From Chrysochromulina tobinii (taxonomy: Eukaryota): DNA of 49,042 nucleotides. Positions 46,838-49,042 of the stretch are shown in pieces. The notes below the pieces were generated by a model that saw nothing but the letters and a program-made list of their open reading frames with translations, was not told the origin of the DNA and did no database searches. A program made the translations under genes and the position numbers. Every line of letters begins with the position of its first letter. Position 1 is the stretch's first letter. Location: contig JWZX01002021.1 in assembly GCA_001275005.1 (NCBI GenBank), positions 1-49,042 of the forward strand, given 5' to 3'.

Positions 46838-48826
46838 TCATTCGGCGCTCTCTCGTCTAAGAAGCAACCCCGTCTCTCGCTCGCTCGACGGCGCCACGCC
46901 AAGGTCATCGGCTCCCGCTGATTTGTGGGAGGCATGCTTCATGTGATGAGCCGTCACGAGCAGGCGCGCTGCGGCCGCCCGCGTGAGTCCGGGCAGCTGC
47001 CCTTCTCGCTCCCACAAGGCCAGCCAGGCGGAGCGTACACCGTGCAGCCATGCAGGCGCCGAGAGCGCCGCGTCACGCATCATGTAGCAGTGCCGCTGCC
47101 CGTGGAAGGTGAGACGGAGAATCTCCTCATTCTGGTTCCCGCCGCCGCCGCTGCCGCCTCGATCATCTTGGCCACCTCCAGCTGTGAATCCTTTGTCAAT
47201 GCCAGCAGCGGGCGTCGCGCGCCGGCGTCGCATGACAATAACTGGATGGCGCTCGCAGCCTTCGAGGCGCCATTCAAGCAAGCTGCCCGGCCACACTGGC
47301 CGCAGAGCGTCGGAGCCTGGCGGAGTGACGGGTTGACGAAGCAGGCTGCTCAGGGCGACGATGTACGAAGAGGGAGAGGGGAAGAGCTCATACGCATTTG
47401 AACGTCCATCTCGATCGCGAACGCCGCTGCCGCCGCTGCCGCCGCTGCCGCCGCTGCCGCCGCTGCCGCCGCTGCCACCGCTACCATCGTCACCACCATC
47501 GCCACTCATGTGGTCGCGACCCTCGGTGTTCGTTCCAAGCATGTAATGAAGGCCGGGGCGGCCAGAGCACAGATCGTACCACCGGCGCCCCGCATCGCCC
47601 CCAATGGGGTCACCACCGGCCCCAGCCCCAGCGAAAAAGCGCACCACCTCAGGGTCTGCCGTCGGCGGCAACAACTCGGGTCTGTAACGGCCGGCATGAG
47701 GGTCCCACAGCGCAAGTCCGAGGGCCTCGCGTAGGCATGCCTCTACGCAATCGGCCATCGGCGGCTGCCCACGCCAGCCGTGCTGCTCCTGCACCACCTC
47801 GGGGGCGCAGCCATGCCGCGCAACTGCAGTGAAGGCCAGTCGCTCGAGTGCCGCCGCACCCACCCGGCCCGCATGCAGATGCTCGAGTTCCGGCGCAGAG
47901 GGCGCCACCGCCACTGAGCCGCCTCCAAGCAGATAATGGACCTCGGCTCCAAACGCGTCTGTCTCCCACTGCTTTGAAAAGTCGTCACTCCACGGGAGCG
48001 CAGCTGCCGATGTGAAAAGGGTGCCGCCGTCAAGCCCCCTGTAGTGCTCGCCACCGGGTGAGAGTGGCGCGTCTGGCTCGTGCTTTGGGCCGTTTCGGTC
48101 GACGGGACGATGATTGTGGTGGTGGTGGTGGTGCTGCTGCTGCTGCACGTGCTCGCTCAGCGCGTGCAAAAAAGTGCGCAAGTCTGCCTTCGAGGTTGCT
48201 GTCGCCCACACGTAGGCGAGGAACACGTCCACGCCGTCCAGACCCGCCACGAGCGCATGGGACAGCCCATCACGACGGAACGGTGTCTCTCGTGCGGATG
48301 CATGCCGCTGAGGGGAAGGCAACGGCCGAGCCGGCGCGGTAGCCTCGGTGAGGAGCGCACAGAGCCGTTCGAAGTGCGCAATCGATACGCGAGTGTCCTT
48401 TGCGATGCGCGCGATGCCATTCGCTAGCAGTGTGCGGCGCACAACCTCGGCCGAGCCACGGCGAAGTGCGAGGCCCAAATAATGGGCCTGTAAGCTGGGG
48501 TGCAGGTGCGCCGCTGGCAGCGAGCGATTGCGCGTCGGCCGCAATGGCCCTGAGTGATCGTGGCGGTGAAAAAGGGCGCGGGCAAGCCGAGAGGCTGCCG
48601 AAGCACCTTGGAGGCTGCCATCTTGCCACAGCCACTCAAGGGCCGGTGATCCGTAGAGAAGAAGGCCGTGGCAAGGAGACAAGTTCAAGTATTTGCCTGC
48701 AATAGCCGTGGCGGTGCCCTTGCAGTGGCGCGCGTGCAGGCCACGCTGCACACGGCGGTCTTGACAAAGCGCCGACCGTCTGCTCAGCACAGGCACGACG
48801 GTCGGACCCCCAAGCCTCCCAAGCAT
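46838..48826 (-). CDS. Hypothetical protein (662 aa) with an uncharacterised DCVE-motif domain and a basic, transit-peptide-like N-terminus
   Basis: Long ATG-initiated ORF. Globular core PPMADCVEACLREALGLALWDP...VVRFF...RWYDLCSG..GLHY...YEL...RHCY, interrupted by poly-H/Q and (GGS)n tracts. Confidence 0.72.
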   Translation of the reverse strand: MLGRLGGPTVVPVLSRRSALCQDRRVQRGLHARHCKGTATAIAGKYLNLSPCHGLLLYGSPALEWLWQDGSLQGASAASRLARALFHRHDHSGPLRPTRNRSLPAAHLHPSLQAHYLGLALRRGSAEVVRRTLLANGIARIAKDTRVSIAHFERLCALLTEATAPARPLPSPQRHASARETPFRRDGLSHALVAGLDGVDVFLAYVWATATSKADLRTFLHALSEHVQQQQHHHHHHNHRPVDRNGPKHEPDAPLSPGGEHYRGLDGGTLFTSAAALPWSDDFSKQWETDAFGAEVHYLLGGGSVAVAPSAPELEHLHAGRVGAAALERLAFTAVARHGCAPEVVQEQHGWRGQPPMADCVEACLREALGLALWDPHAGRYRPELLPPTADPEVVRFFAGAGAGGDPIGGDAGRRWYDLCSGRPGLHYMLGTNTEGRDHMSGDGGDDGSGGSGGSGGSGGSGGSGGSGVRDRDGRSNAYELFPSPSSYIVALSSLLRQPVTPPGSDALRPVWPGSLLEWRLEGCERHPVIVMRRRRATPAAGIDKGFTAGGGQDDRGGSGGGGNQNEEILRLTFHGQRHCYMMRDAALSAPAWLHGVRSAWLALWEREGQLPGLTRAAAARLLVTAHHMKHASHKSAGADDLGVAPSSERETGLLLRRESAE

Positions 48827-48963
48827 GCTGCTCAGAAGGTGTGAACGCGTCGCGTTGGCTCGGAAGTGAACGTTAACACGTCAGACGCGACAACCGGTGC
48901 TACGGCACTGTTACCGCCCGCTCATAATACACACACCTTACATGACCCCATATGGGGTGACGT

Positions 48964-49042
48964 GGGGTTTGTTATCGAGTTTGGGGGGGTTTGTTATCAG
49001 GATACGTATCCCATGTATCACGCATGTATCGTGCATGTATCC
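48964..49042. repeat. Start of a repeat array: GGGGTTTGTTATC x2, palindrome GATACGTATC, then CATGTATC units at 11-nt period, truncated by the window end
   Basis: Direct repeats at 48964 and 48986; palindrome at 49001-49010; CATGTATC at 49012, 49023 and 49034. Confidence 0.8.

Overview
GC-rich, gene-dense eukaryotic nuclear DNA with about 15 protein-coding genes, short intergenic spacers and few short spliceosomal introns. The gene style suggests a haptophyte-like alga with a complex plastid (inference only). Recognisable genes are an FkbM methyltransferase, a triose-phosphate translocator, a TRPM-like channel, HPPD, a polycystin-2-like channel, a three-exon DNA ligase III-like gene and MON1. 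Most unusual observations: (1) a LIG3-type ligase whose BRCT is replaced by PBZ + acidic tract + WWE-like modules; (2) a >1360-aa gene absent from the ORF track, with a CxxS Rdx/SelW-like domain fused to at least 7 beta-sandwich-like repeats; (3) a GAF-multi-PAS sensor that continues into ankyrin repeats across a 1-nt frame break; (4) three introns built from the same ~10-nt repeat, one with a probable GC donor and one with a central CAG|GTGAGT site; (5) an uncharacterised protein with a putative catalytic DCxE...H motif. No rRNA, tRNA, CRISPR array or intact mobile element was recognised. All domain calls come from reading motifs by eye, not from database searches.
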